Assembly (NCBI GenBank): GCA_003971905.1
Contig: RSEE01000054.1
Span: 186,001 to 250,000 of the forward strand
From: Moniliella sp. 'wahieum'
Lineage: Eukaryota
DNA: 64,000 bases
Direction of reading: 5' to 3'
The first letter of the stretch is position 1, and every line of letters begins with the position of its first letter. This document shows positions 1 through 13,439 of this stretch, piece after piece. The notes below the pieces were generated by a model. It searched no databases. It saw nothing but the letters and a program-made list of their open reading frames with translations, and was not told the origin of the DNA. The position numbers and the translations under genes were made by a program.

Positions 1-242
1 AATTCATTCGAAGCAGGAGATGGGAAAAGAGATTTGAACAAAAAGTAAACGCACACCAGTGACAGTGACCTGTGGCCCGTATAGCTAAGAGACTCTCGGC
101 CCAGGTCCACAGGTCCAAGCGTACATGTTCAGTGGATTTAGACGCGAAAAGGAGGAATACAGCCATGGATGTTCACAGTGTTTATATGAGGGCAACAGCC
201 ATTGACGTAGTCATAGCCCGTACAGCATTCTTGATGTGTACA

Positions 243-507
243 TGTTATAGGAACGGGCGCGGTGCGCACAACGAGTGATGCAACGCAAATACGCCAGCCA
301 ATCATGTGGTGCACATTCGCTGTTGCACACTAAGGGTTGTATTGGGTTCTTCTTATAAGTATACCTGAGAGCCTGTGTCTCTCCCCTGGTGCCTTTCGTC
401 CTTGGTCCTCACTTCTTCCCCTTGACTCATTTCCACTTTACACTGTAGACCTGTTGGTCTTTCACCTTCTCTTCTCATGAATAAAACCTGCCAGTTGTTC
501 TTATACA
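243..507 (+). mobile_element. possible solo LTR
   Basis: TGTTATAGGAAC...GTTCTTATACA imperfect terminal inverted repeat, internal TATA-like CTTATAAGTA and AATAAA near the 3' end; no target-site duplication visible. Confidence 0.3.
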
Positions 508-2159
508 TCCCAAATGGTGATGGCCAACAACAAGCCGACTAGCACTTCTTTCCCCTCTTTCCCCTTCTTTGAGGCACTCCACTCTAGAAGAAGAGCCCTT
601 TCAATTAACAGTTACCCCGCTTTCACCTCGGCGCCTGAGCCTATACGAATAACAGTGTGTACACAAAACCTCTTCCTTCTCGGACGCTGCCTCTTGCCCG
701 ACGATACAGCAAAGCACTACTTGCGCATGCCCCCCCCCTAAGCGTCCATTGCAGAGGTCATCTCATGGAGACACTCCGCCCCGGAACTCATGGCCAGACG
801 CAACGTTCGAGAGACCGTGGAAAAGTCCGATTGTGCTGACCGGCGTCATCGCGTTTTCTCTATATCTTCAAACTTCAAGCTTCATTCTTCATGGACGCGA
901 ACTTTAGTTAGAGAACTGAAAGCTGGCTCTGTAATGTATCGTGCATGCAATCCTTCCCAACAGTTCAATCACCTCACACATGCCTCTTCCGTTGTCTCGA
1001 ACGCTCCGATTGAAGAGTCCATCTGAGATCTCACGGCCATCTGTTTGTCTGCCGGTAAGACTGGCTTGCCCCGGGCAACACATGATGCAATGCATGGCAA
1101 GCCCTCAGGCCCCTCACCTCAGGCCTGAGCCTCAGGTTTCAGGCAGCTACCTCACCTTGCCAAACGCCGATCCGGCCAAGGCCAGGGGAAAGGGTATTTC
1201 GGCCATAGACGAGATCTCGAATCAAAAAGGCACAGCTGCGCTCTTCTCAGCGAGCACGTGGTCCACTGTGATGCTCTCATTAGGGGGAGTAAATAAAAAA
1301 GCCGTGGGCCATGTCTCTTCCTTTTACGTGAACTTTTCTGATCGGACCAAATACGAAGGCTACCGTCTGTACGGCGACGATATCGAGATTCAGGATAGGG
1401 GGGTCGCGCCGCGCAACGAGAGTAGGATGCAATTGATGGCGGCCGCGACCGCAGCCCCGACGGTGGTGGTAATTTAGTACAGTACGCACATAGGGGCAAA
1501 GCTGGCATAGCATGATCTCATGATCTCGGCATGGATTCGGTACGCGACGTGTGTATACGTACCCTGAAAAAATAGGAGACACGCCACGCACAGTCGCGGG
1601 TGTACCTAGTAAAAGCAAACAATCCGTCCTGCCGTGCGCGATCGCAGGGCAGGGACTACATAGAGTGCATCCGCCAATGCACCCGTGTCTTGCCCGCGCG
1701 GGCTCTTGTCTCTCGCTCTGCAAAGAGAGATGCCATAGTGAAACAATTTGTTTTCTTCAAGCTTCAAGCTTCATATATCCTATAGCTTCCTATACCCCAC
1801 ACGCCGTGAATCTTATTATCGTGGGTAGCTTATTATCCGACGGGTATATTATCGGATCTGAGGATCCCCGCCGGCGAGATGGCATACGCCATCCCGCCTA
1901 ATGTCCCCACTCTTCGGCGTCTCTGAGCACGAATGAGTTCTGAAATACGAGAAAGCCCCGTTGGCGGCGGGGGTTCTAGATCCTGAACTCTCCTCTCGAT
2001 CGCTACCGTCTCCATTTTACGATCGCGGGCGCGGCCGGATGTTTCGTATGTCGGTCGTCAGTCGGCTATGCACATTCTATGAACAGTTACGCATTACGCT
2101 CCTTTCTCGGATGGGCAGCATGCAGAACCTCCTGGAGGCGATCTGGATGGGTTGTTGTA

Positions 2160-2435
2160 TGTAACCGTTTTTTGTATTACATTTTGCCCCACAACACCAT
2201 CTCGACTTGGCACACGGCCTAATACCTCTTTACCATCTCACAAGAAACATGGAACAGGGGCAGATTGCATACCCGGCAATGTGTCAGTGTGTATATAACT
2301 TCTGTGCAGTTCGGCATGCCTTTCTCTCCTTTCTCCCTTTCTCTCTTGAGACCCGCTGCCCCTGTCTCCTCATCAAGCTGTTCGAATACCCTGTCCCGTA
2401 GTTCCCAGGGTTTATTGTGGCTCTCCATGGTCACA
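2160..2435 (+). mobile_element. possible solo LTR
   Basis: TGTAACC...GGTCACA termini, internal GTATATAA followed by a pyrimidine tract; flanks TTGTA/TAGGA are not a clean TSD. Confidence 0.3.
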
Positions 2436-5400
2436 TAGGAGGCCATGTGCTATACGCCCCCTCTTGCTGCGCCTCGCTCACAGAGAGCTTTATTGTATGG
2501 AGAAGTGTGGAGGGAAGTCGTAGGGACGAGCTGATTCAAAGATTGTACCTTTCTGCCCTACTCACCCTCTCTGGCCTTATGTGCACCCTCCGGTTCCTCG
2601 CCTCTCTAAGCATTACTTACAGAGGACGCATTTCGTGAATCGTTTTACTAGGCAGCAAAAACAGCGTTTGGTTATATCCTTCTCGCATCGCCCTCCCCCA
2701 AAATCATCTAATAGCATGTCACCGTGTCTTCACTATAAGTGAAAAATACTACCCTCCGGACCGCGCCGCAACATGATGCATGACCTGTGAAAGAAAAAAG
2801 GGCACTGGGAGGACGGACAACGCGCGCGTGGGGGAGGTAGAACACCCACCTCATATTGGACGTCCATTGAGGAAGAGAAAACGAGTGTTGAGCCAGCGCT
2901 CACAATATAGGAGCTGAGACGCGATCCCTGTGACCCGTTTCCGGCTCAAGTGAAAAAAAAAACGCGAGGCAGGTGAACGTCGTTGTGCTGATGCACGACA
3001 GAAGTTGTAATCTGGGGAAGGACGGTTCAACTTCAATCGATATGAGCATAGGTGTATATAATTTCTTCTGAAGTTCTGTCCCAGCAAAGGCATCAGAAAT
3101 ACCTCACGCATGTCACAAAGGGAGGGCGGACTGGTCTAATGGGAAAGAAAGCAGGACGCCTTCCCGAGGCCGGAGAATGAATGGAACTCTTTTGATGAGA
3201 AAGGGGCTAGGCTACAGGGGTATGGGGATGTGCAGATGCAACGCATGCATCATGGACGTGGAACCTCATCATCCGGAGCGAAGAAATTCACAGCCGGCGG
3301 ATCCTTCCCGAGGCAGTGTGCGGTCGCGCTCGCTATTTACCCAGAGACGGCAAAAGACCATATGGGTTGGGAAAATGAGACCGAAGACCTAAGCCTGATG
3401 AGGTTTGAGATCTGTGGTCTGAGGTCTGAGTCTGATGCCGGCCTAGGATCTTGAATGATTAATGAGGGAAGAGCGCTCAAGAGCACGTTAAACACGCAGT
3501 AATTTTTTTCTAGTCGACAAGACAGAGTGTGGATCCTGCGAGCTCCTGGTCGTTGGAGCGTGTACGGGGCAGTAGGAGAACGACGCTGCTGGCGAGAGAG
3601 CACAGCTTGACGGCCCCGCTCCGCGGCGGCACCGCTTTCCTGCTTCGGCGCCGCAGTTCCTCTATATAGTCACTATTTAGTCAACACCATAGTCACTGTA
3701 ATCGCTCTCTTCAGTCCTACTAGCACATAAACACAACAGAAGAGTATACCGAAACAACGGGGTTCCACTTGGTCCCACGTGGGGTGTCCCCACACTGCGT
3801 TAACTTAACGTTTAGCATTGAACACGTAACATGTCGCGGGTTCCACAACGCGGGCATGTGCCTTCCAGCACAGATGCCCGAGCTGGTGTTGAGATCCGGT
3901 GGACCTTTGCTCTGCCGTGATGGAAGTACTCTACGGCGCTACGTCCCACAAGAAGATATGTCTGTGGAAGAATGGCAGTGTTTGGAGGAATAGCACACTA
4001 TACGAGAGCCTTCTATTAATGACCAGCTTTCTTGAAAAGCTCTCAGATCTCATACGCTCTCAGATCTCACGCATCTCACGGCCCGTTTTGTCAACATGAA
4101 TAGATGACTTGTTCTCGGGACAGTCTATAAGCCGGTTGTGGGGCGCGTGTGCCCACCACCAGAGAGTAGACTGACTATATTTGCTGCCTGTTACTCGTAC
4201 AGGGAGCAACAGGCTCCAGGCCTTAGGCCCCAGGGAAGACCATACACGCCCAAACGCACACAAAAAGACGAACCAATGACTCATTACACACATGGAACGA
4301 GAGAGAGAGACTGGGAGGCTCCGATCCTCACGCGGAAGACGTCGGCGGAGCGGGGGGAAAGGTGGCCATTCGGAGCCTTTCGGCCGGCGCCGGTACGACT
4401 CAGAATTAACGCGACGCGTACGAAGCTTATTAATGGTGGACCCGGGTCGCCTCTCCTCCGTTGGCAGTCTCACAGCGAAGTCAATACAAAGCCCAAACTA
4501 CATTAATGACTAGGTGGGGCAAAGGCTGCTGGCTCAACGCCTCAACGTTGTTCAACGCTTCTCCTGAGAGACTGAGGCGCACGCACCGAAGTCATCGATC
4601 CCAAAAGTGCTACGGCGCGCACATTTGAGGCGTTGAGATCTGAAGCGAGGCAGCACGGAGAGGGGAGACGTTTCTCTCTGTTTCCTCCCCCCCCCTCCCA
4701 CACCCCCAGCATATGTGCGTCCATGCGCATGTGTGCTTCCTCAGAATTTAGAATAGATCTCATTCTCACACCAAAAGAGCACTCCACCTCACTAACAGCT
4801 TCACTCCGCGGCGTAGTGGATTGAATATTGATGGCCTGGATTCTGCGATGGCGAGACGACGTCGTTTTGCATTCTTCCTTACAATCCCTGGAAGAGTTTT
4901 GCCGGCTTCGCCGCTCCGACCTCAGTGTCTGGGTGGGCTCCACACTTGAGCCAACCTGGGAGTGTGGATCGGGGCATGGCCATCTGGCCGCGGGGTACCG
5001 CATTAGAATATAGGTCCTCTCTTCGTGCAGGCGCATACATAGAATACGACAGACATGTGACGACCGGTGGAGCATTGCAGCGGCCGGGGTACATATTTGT
5101 GCTAGTATATACACCCTGCCCACCCCATGGAGAGCGCCATCACTAGCACGATGGTATAGCCGTGACGCCGGTGACGCGATGTGGGTGTGGATGCGCGGAG
5201 CCTCGACAGAGAGGATGGGCTCAGGGTTGGAGAGCACGCAGTACTCACTGAGTACTGAGCTGGGGAAACGAGCAGGACCACATCCCCGCCATGTGTCCAA
5301 TCCTTACTCCACTTTCATCATAGTGGTTAGTACCACTTCGAAGCATACGACTTGGGCAGGAGCCCCTGATTCTCGCTCTGGTTCTTCATTGCGTGTACCG

Positions 5401-6038
5401 TCGCGGTGGGGGGGGGTCCCCCTCGCAGGTCGACTGCTCTCGTCTCTGCCCTTCGGCGTCCCCCACTTTTCGACATGAAGTGTGGTTCTCGTTGCGGCGC
5501 CAAGCTGGGGCGCAATGCTGTGGCAAACGAGAGTGCATCCGCACAGGGGGCAGGCAGGAGGTGGAGTAGGTAGTAGTCACTAGTCTAGCTAGTCACTCTA
5601 GTCACTAGTCACTGTCGTCACTCGAGAGGAGTCACTCGAAGCTTGAAGCTGCGGCGCAGCGCTGCGTGCTGAGGCTCCGCCCCGCCGCCACGCGCCGAGC
5701 GAATGGCCGTTGAACGTTGACTGGCGCTGTGCCAGCGGCCCTAACCCTGCGCACACCCAAGCGGCTTGCCTTGGCATTCCGGCATAGGCTGTGTTGTTAG
5801 TGCAATGTGCAATGTTCACTCCGCCGTGCTCACAGCGATCGGAGGAATGGATCGAGATGCATCCGATCCGGAGTAGGTAAGCGCACTGATGCATTCACGC
5901 CTTCCTTAGCCCCTGCTTGCCTGCTTGGCCCAGTGGCGACGAGCTGGTACATGGCACGGGCGATGGATGCCGTGCGTTCACCGATGGCTGGGATGGTCGA
6001 TGGCTACGATTCGATGGGTGGATGACTCGGATGACGCG

Positions 6039-6223
6039 ATGATCGATGACGCAGGCCCAGCCCAGGGCGTTGGCCTGGGGTGGCCCGTGGACGGCCGAGC
6101 TGCTCGATGGCGCGAGAGCGGCTGTGAAGCTCAGCAGACTGAGTACTGACGACTGCGATGCACGCAGCCCCAGAGTCGATGCATGATCGATGACGCTGGC
6201 CCAGCACGGGCGCTTGGCATGGG
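6039..6223. repeat. imperfect ~42-bp direct repeat (ATGATCGATGACGCWGGCCCAGC...GGGCG.TTGGC.TGGG) x2
   Basis: copies at ~6039-6080 and ~6183-6223 read directly from sequence. Confidence 0.7.
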
Positions 6224-7087
6224 ATCCTGCCGGGCGGCGCCCTATGGCCCCATGCGACGAGGGGCATCGCGATGGCCCAGCCACAGGCAGTGCGTGCTGG
6301 TGCCTGCGCCGGTGCGCCCCACCGCTGCACCACGCCGCACCACCGCACCACGACCACGCCCCCCAGCATGCCCTGCCATGTCAGACGGGTGGCCTCCCGG
6401 GCAGTGCGCATGATGCATGATGCATGACGTGTGAGCTGGGGCACTATTCCGCTGCGCACTGGGCACTGCCAATGCGCACCCGCGGCATGCTAAGATCACC
6501 GGTCACCCATCCGCACATGCGCCTGCGCAGGCGCTGCCCCAGCGAGCGCGCCTGTGCTGCGGTGCCCGGGGCCCCCCGCTGGCGGCGCCTCGCTCTAATG
6601 CATAATGGGGGGGCCGGCATGCGCGGCGCCCGGGCAGTGTCCGCGCCGGCAACGTGGCCGGCGGTGGGCACTGGCGTGCTGCCTGCGTGCCTGGGCCGGC
6701 CGTCTTGGCTGCCAGCATTGCCCCAATCGCCGCCACCGTGCCGAATCGGGGCCCTGCGCCTGCCCCGGTCAACGCCCGCCCGGGGATATAATAGCCACCC
6801 CCACCCCGCTCCCCCGCCGGTGCTACCCCCCCCACCACCCACCGCTTCTGCGCCTGCTCGCTCCTACGACGCCGACGCCCCCGCTTGCTCCCTGACGCTG
6901 CTGCTTCCTCTACACGTCTTGCTCTTGCCCACCCGCTCTTCTCCCGCCCACCTCGTTCCACTTTCCGCCGCCTCCTCGCCGTAAGTTGGTGTTTCCCGCA
7001 CGCGCCTGCCCCCCTTTTTCCCGCGTCTGCCTCCTCCCCGCCACGCTCGGCTAACCTTCCTCTGCCCTTGCTTCGCCACAGACAACC

Positions 7088-7315
7088 ATGACGACGTACG
7101 CTGTCTGCGCCGAGTGCGGACATGTGACGCGCACCGGGACAGGAATCTGTGTCTTCTGCGACGCGGACCTGGTCAATGCGCGTCCGGTCAGCCGCGCGCC
7201 TGCGTTGCCGAAACAAACCATGCACGACCTGCACCAGCGCCCAAGCGCAACGTCAAGGCACACGGGGCCCGTTTGCGATCCTGCCGATGCACGGTGCAGG
7301 ACGACGCGGAGCTAG
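7088..7315 (+). CDS. small Cys-rich (CxxC...CxxC) hypothetical protein with a 5'UTR intron
   Basis: TATA-like GATATAATA ~6785, intron GTAAGT(6981)..GCTAAC..CAG(7081), Kozak-like ACAACCATG, protein MTTYAVCAECGH...CVFC; 3' end uncertain. Confidence 0.45.
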   Translation: MTTYAVCAECGHVTRTGTGICVFCDADLVNARPVSRAPALPKQTMHDLHQRPSATSRHTGPVCDPADARCRTTRS

Positions 7316-9612
7316 CGCCTCGTCGCTTGTTGCGCTCTGTCCGTGAGCCTCGTTTCCTCGCTCCCCCACTGTTTTATCCATGACCGCATGGGTCTCTGCG
7401 TGCCTCGCGCGCACGCACGCCCTTCACCCGTCCCCCCCGGTCTGCATTTTTTCTCGCCGCATCCCCATGTCTCTGCTTCATACGTCTCGCATCGCCCCCC
7501 CTCCCCACCCATCGTTTCCCGCACTCCTCGCTTTGTCTTCCCCCGCTGGATTGGATCGCTCTGTCTCGGGCGCTGTGCCTCGGCTCCCAGATCTCAAGCA
7601 TGAGCCCATGACCTGAGCTGGCCCCCTCGCACCTCGGCCTTGGATCTGTCACGTTTCTCGGTGCGGTTCACCGGGCGGGCTTTGGACCGCTCGCTTGGTC
7701 CCGTCTGCGCACGAGCCACGGCTTGTGGGTGCCTGGCTCGTCGCACCTCTCTCTCCGCTCGTCTCCCCGTATTTTCTCAGCATAACCTCTCGTTACTGGT
7801 CTGGAGCGCTGGCGCTCAGACGGTTCTTATTTGTTTGTTTGAATGTACCGTACCATCTTTTCTCTGGAACTTGGCTGGGGGGTTGGTCTGTGTGCATGGT
7901 ATATGGTTGGTTCCCAGCGCTGCAAGGTGGTCGAATCGCGTGAAGTTGACAGGTCTCCCAGCGCTCCGGGAACTGGTCAGCGCCCAGACGCTGCTGCCCA
8001 GCCACGCCTCAAGGAGCATATGGGGCACGCTGTGACGTACTGATGGGCAACGTTCCCATTGACAGCGCTGGGCGCTCGGGGAACTTTGGCTGCGGACGAT
8101 AAGAGGGCGGGACTACCAGTTATGAAAAACTAGTTGCTACTGGCTGGAGGCGGATGCGAACCGCGCAGCGTCGAACGGGATGGTGTCCTGCATGGCAATG
8201 TCACTCACGAGTCAGGCACTAGTCACTGGTCACTGGTCACTAGCTCACTCTCCATTGTCTCGCGCATCCGGCCCCAGGCCCCAGGGCCCCAGCTCAGCAC
8301 AGTGCTGAAGCTGAACTCAGCATGCTTAACGTTTAACTTGGTTGCCGAGAGTGGCGCTCAGCTTAGCGCGCTAAGCTTAGCTTTAGCCTAAAAAGCCAGC
8401 GCCTCAGCCCATATTCCATCGCCCAGCCGCACCACAGGCCAGGCACAGGGCTGGCGCGCTGGGGGGCTATAGGGGGCTAGGCCGTTCGGCCTTCGGAGAG
8501 TGCTGGTGATCTAGTGATTGGCAAGGTCGAACTTGATGGAGCGGTGCACAAAGCAGGCTCACACGTTCAACAGGCCCACAGCCCCCCCCTGAGAACAGTG
8601 GAGAGAGTGGCTGCGATCGTTGCTTGGCATCGGGGGAGCGGGAGAAGGAGGCCAAGGCGAGGGTGGCTGCAATGGCTGATGGGATGGGAGGTCGATGACC
8701 TCATCAGCTCCTCGAAAGCGCCTCAATCAATATCTTCACTGGTCACCGGTCGCTCTGCTGCAGCTCACGTGTCACACACCCAAACTGCCCTGGCCTGAAT
8801 TTCCGATTCGTGAGCTGGAAGCGTGAAGCGTGAAGCATGAAGCGTGAAGCGTGATCTCGATTACCTTTACCCAAACTACGTTTGAATGTGACCTTGGCAT
8901 CCCCAGCCCCCCCCCCTTTTCTGGCACAAACTTTTCTGGTGCGCGAGCGAGCGAGCAACCAACCCAGGCAGCCCCGGAACCCCCAATCGACAATCGTTTT
9001 TCAGAGGGGTGGCCATGATGCATGATACACGATGCATGACTGCTGAGTCTCAGCTACTAGTCGGGGTGCCTTTGCTTCGAGAACCCCCTCCCCCCGCTGG
9101 TTGGATTTAGTGTTTACGTTCCAAGCTGCAACACTGTTATAGCATGCACTACCAGGTGGCGGAATCCTGCACCCTCACGTCACGTGCTATATGCATGAAG
9201 CTTGAAGCTCTTGAAGCTTGAAGCATGCCGCGTGACGCGTGGCGCGTCGTAACGAAAAGCCCGTGGTTCTCGGTTGGTAAAAAGTGTGTTTGTACTGGCT
9301 GCCTACTCGTGCAATCCACACTTGGTTCCTTTTTGCCATCGATGGCTGCGGTCCTGGACGTGGGCTATAGTCCGATCAGCGCTGAGCTCGAACTGGCATT
9401 GTTCAGCGACGGGATTGGATGAGGGGTTACTATAAGCTTGCAATGAGAATGTTCAAATGAACAATGAACGCTTTACTTTGATCCTGGCCTGCTGTTTACG
9501 CGCCCCCTGGCAATAGGGTTGCGGGGTACAGTACCCCCGCTAGTTCTGGCTGGCCCCAGTCTGACGATCTCAGATCTCACCACCGCCGCTTTTCCCTCTG
9601 GCCCAGGCCGTC

Positions 9613-11616
9613 ATGGCCAGTCTGCCGTACGAGGTGTGCCTGCAGATTGGCGCGACAGGCGTTCTCAGTGCCAGCGACCTGGCCCGTGTGGCAGCGGTGT
9701 GCCAAGGTGCGTGTGTGCTTGGGTTGGGTTAGGAATCGGGTGCGCCACCCCGCTGGGAGCGCTGAGCCTGAGGCCTCAACTCAGGGGTCAGGCTGACGTG
9801 CGTGTTCTGTGCTGGCCAGGCTGGCATGCCGTGATCCTCGACGACACGTTGTGGCACACGCTCGCGCTCCGCTGGCAGCTTGCCGCTCCGACCCAGACGT
9901 TGGCCGATGCGCAGCAGCTGACCCGCTTCCGGACATGGCGCCATTTGGTCCTGTACCACGACCTGGTCGAGCAGCAGCTGGGCTTTGATCTGACCAACAC
10001 CCCTGTTGCCCGCGCTCGCCTCGTCGCACCCCAGACCCACCTGTGGCCCAGCTTTTACCCCGCCAGTCTTCCTTCGCCCGGCGAGTTTGATGATGGCTCG
10101 TGGATCCGCACCTCGGTTCCCGCCGCGTACGAGGACACGGTTTGGTCGGACCACGATCCTGTTCCGCTCGCGCTGTCAGTCGTAGGGCCCCGTGCACACG
10201 TCCTCTCCCATCTCCCCAACAGGCGGGACACGATCGTGCTCTCCCACCCGAAAGGGTACATTGCGCTCGCGCCTCGCAGCCGCGCGCGCGCCCCAGCACC
10301 ACCTTCTACCGCTTGGAAACGTACCTGTCCCAGGACCGGCTCGGCCGCTCGCCCCGCCCCGGCCAGTTTGCCAAACTCGCCACGTTCCAATTTGCTGTGG
10401 GGAGGCATACGTTTGCCCCGCCCCTCTTGGCAAGGTGCGTTGCCAACCCCTCCCCCCTATGTCTGCTGGGTTGCAGCCACTGAACCGTTGGACTAGATGG
10501 ACCGGGAAAGAAGTCCGCATCTATAATGTCGAAACTGGCGAGCAGGTCCAGACGACCGAGGTGGCCTCCGCCTCGGATTTGCGCAGGTTATCGTACGTTC
10601 TCTTCTTGCGTTCTCGACTGTGGGAAGGAGAAGCTAACGAAGATTCAGCTATCGCGGCGTGCGTAACGTGCGCAACCCATGCTTTGATGGTACCTATTTC
10701 TTTTTTTCCGCGTTGGGGGAGGATGAGAGGTACGATACGTTTGCCGTCAACGCGTTCACAGGTGCGCCCATCTGGAGCTTAGGGCAAGGCATGGTGCACC
10801 CTGACGGCCGTCCTCGGGGGCAAATGCCATTGACGCAACAGATTGAATTTACTTTCCAAGCGAAGGATCCTGTCGCTTTGGTTAAACGAGTGCCCACGTT
10901 GGACAAAGTACGTCTTATCCTCTTGTTGCTTCCAGGATGGGGGTTAACATTGTGGTTTCCCCAGAGTCCTCGTACACTATGTGACTTTGTCTCGCTCGAC
11001 CCGCCAAGCCAGACGCTGGTAATCAGCTTTGGTAAGGGCAACACCACCGTGTTGTTCAAAAACTACCCTTCCTTCTTTCGCACTGGCCAAGGTGGCTTTG
11101 TGGCGTACGTTTCCGGCCTGACGCTGGGTGTATGGAAGCCAAGGAAAACGATTGGGGAATGGTCGTCTGTTAGTTCGCAACTGTCTTTTCTCCTGGCAGC
11201 ATGCGCGTTGTCCTCTGCAAATTCGCCTTGTCCACCTCTGCCCGCCCGAGGGGGTGCAGGTGGACGATGCACCGCGAAACCTGTTTCTTACACCGCACCA
11301 GGCCGTCGCGCAGCTGTACTCGTACCCGACCTGGTCAGGGCGCGTGCCAGCCGGGTGGGTTTCCTGGTCCTGGTCCGATCGCGCGTTGCAGCAATTGGGC
11401 CTGCCTCCCATCACACACATCGGGCGGACATCAACCCGAGCCCGCGAGACCCAGGCCAGCTCGACCGCCTGCACGGACCGGCTCCCGTTGTCGCCACCTC
11501 CAACGCCGGTCCCTGCGCCCTGCCTTGGACCCACCTCTCCGCCCATCTCCTCTGACGATCTGGACGACCTGTTGTCTCTGCTGACGTTCGTTGTTGCCCC
11601 GCTGCTGGCGTGGTAA
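9613..11616 (+). CDS. F-box domain protein (multi-exon, frameshifted in assembly)
   Basis: spliced N-terminus MASLPYEVCLQIGATGVLSASDLARVAAVCQ|GWHAVILDDTLW (intron 9707-9819) matches the F-box pattern LP.E...I......DL..VA.VC..W......LW. Confidence 0.75.
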
Positions 11617-11735
11617 ACCGTACCCCACGTCCTGCCCTCTCTTCCCCACGTGCACCCATTTGTCTCCATCAACCACTGCCATGCCATGCCATACCATACC
11701 ATGCCCTTCCAACCGAAGCTGTCATATCTTACCGT

Positions 11736-12115
11736 TCATTCCCCACGTCCCGCCTGGTTGCGTGCTAGCCTAGTTTCTTTCCGGTTCTTCTTGGCATTCA
11801 GCCGATCTTGGCGTTCGAGAGCCTTTTCGCGCTTGGCGCGCGCCGCGACCGAGGACAGCGAGCCGCGTTTCCGATTGGCACCTTTCTTCTTGGCTTGTTG
11901 CACACTGCTCGTCCACGCTTCGGACGTGGACGTGGGATTGGGCTTGGGCTGGGCCTCGGCCTGGGCAGCGTCGGCCTCGATGATCGGGTGGGGCGCAGGT
12001 TGCTTGCGCTCCGCGCCTGAGAGAGAGCAAGAGGAAGAAAGGCAACAGACGGTCAGACGGGGAGGAGGCGGGCGGTAGGAAGGAACATACGGGTGAGCTT
12101 GCCAGCTTTGGGCAT
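11736..12115 (-). CDS. small basic protein, possibly Alb1/Ecm1-like ribosome biogenesis factor
   Basis: MPKAGKLT|RAERKQ... with intron 12090-12017 (GTATGT..CAG); Lys/Arg-rich C-terminus AKREKALERQDRLNAKK. Confidence 0.5.
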
Positions 12116-12542
12116 GACGGGGTGTGGAGCAACCAGGCGAGGGTGAGGACGACGGCACGGGAGCCAATCGGTGTGCTGCCTAGCTATCGACTCTCAGGCT
12201 AGCCACTGCCGGAGAGTGGCATGGCTCGAAAAAAAATATAGCTGACACTGCTGACCCAGCCAGGGCACGTGACCCCTCTCTGGCTCGGGGCTCGGGGCGG
12301 AGCAAGCGGAATTAGTAATGCGCAGGCGGGCGGGACTAGGCAGTGACTTGTGACATGTGACTGGTGGACGTCGGCGAGAGCGGCAGCGGTTAATGAGGCA
12401 GGCGAAGCGCCCGAAGGCACTGGAAGAAGCCCGGCGTGGGAAGAGACCAGAAGGGTACGTGGCCCGCCTGCGTATAAAACCCCCACCACCCCGCCCCGCC
12501 ACCGCCTCACTCCGCACCCCTCCACCCTCCAACTTGCTCACC

Positions 12543-13107
12543 ATGCCCCGCGGTGGCCGCTCCAGCTCTCGCCCCTCGCCCTCCTCGCGCATGCCCTCGG
12601 GCTCCCGCAGCGCCTCTACCCAGGCCTACCACCCCCCCCGCAGCACCATGCCCCGCCCCCCGCCCCGCACCAGGCTGCGCCACCTCCGATGGCCCAGCCC
12701 AGCATGGGCGGCGGCGGTCTGTTTGCTAACATGGCCTCCACCGCGGCCGGTGTCGCGGTCGGGTCCACGGTTGGCCACGGGCTGAGCAACATGCTCTTTG
12801 GTGGCTCCTCTTCTTCGGAGCCGGCGCCTGCACCCCAGCAGGAGCAACAGCCCGCCGCTTGGGCCCAGGGCTACAATTCCCAAGACGCCACCAAGGGCGC
12901 TGCGTGCGAAGCGCAGTCTAAAGGTGCGTACTCCCCTGATTGATTTGGATTTGGAGTGGATTGGCCCGTGCGAATGGCAATCGCTAACTGTCTGCCCGGT
13001 TAGATCTCCTGCGCTGCTTTGAGGCGACCAACAACGACACGAACGCCTGTGCGTACTACTTGGAACAACTCAAGGCATGCTCGGCCGCGGCTCAGTCCTT
13101 TGCTTAG
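12543..13107 (+). CDS. MIX17: mitochondrial CHCH-domain protein (CHCHD2/Mix17/Mic17 family)
   Basis: MPRGGRSS..., GLFANMASTAAGVAVGSTVGH signature, twin Cx9C across intron ~12924-13003; frameshift in poly-C at ~12633. Confidence 0.92.
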
Positions 13108-13439
13108 ACCCGGGTTGGCCTTGTTCTCCTGTTACCCACTGGGACGGTGCGCTGCAGGCCCGACTCGGCGCCTTGACTTGCCCCGTTCCCCTCGCCACTC
13201 TAGCTGAACCCCAGAGGGGCTCGGTCCATCCAGGGACAAGCTCTGCACAAATTGTAAGCTCGGTAATATCACTGCTTGTCATAAGGGCCACTCTGCTCTG
13301 CCTGCGTGAATAGCTAGCAGCTTCCTATCTCAAAGGGAAAGGGGAGAAGGCAACCAAACGTAGGAAAGTAAATGCGGATGGAGATAGGGTGGCGTTCCAA
13401 TCAAGGAAGAGGTTTCTCCTGCCGCAAGGGAGAGGAATA

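Noticed and set aside
4840..5110. DIRS/Ngaro-type RNase H remnant (DLSVWVG..., GALQR)
   Set aside because: Only a vague resemblance, catalytic motifs are not readable, and no RT or recombinase is nearby
941..5300. Long ORFs in the first 5 kb (941-1477, 4542-5300, etc.)
   Set aside because: No recognisable motifs or convincing starts; expected by chance in GC-rich DNA
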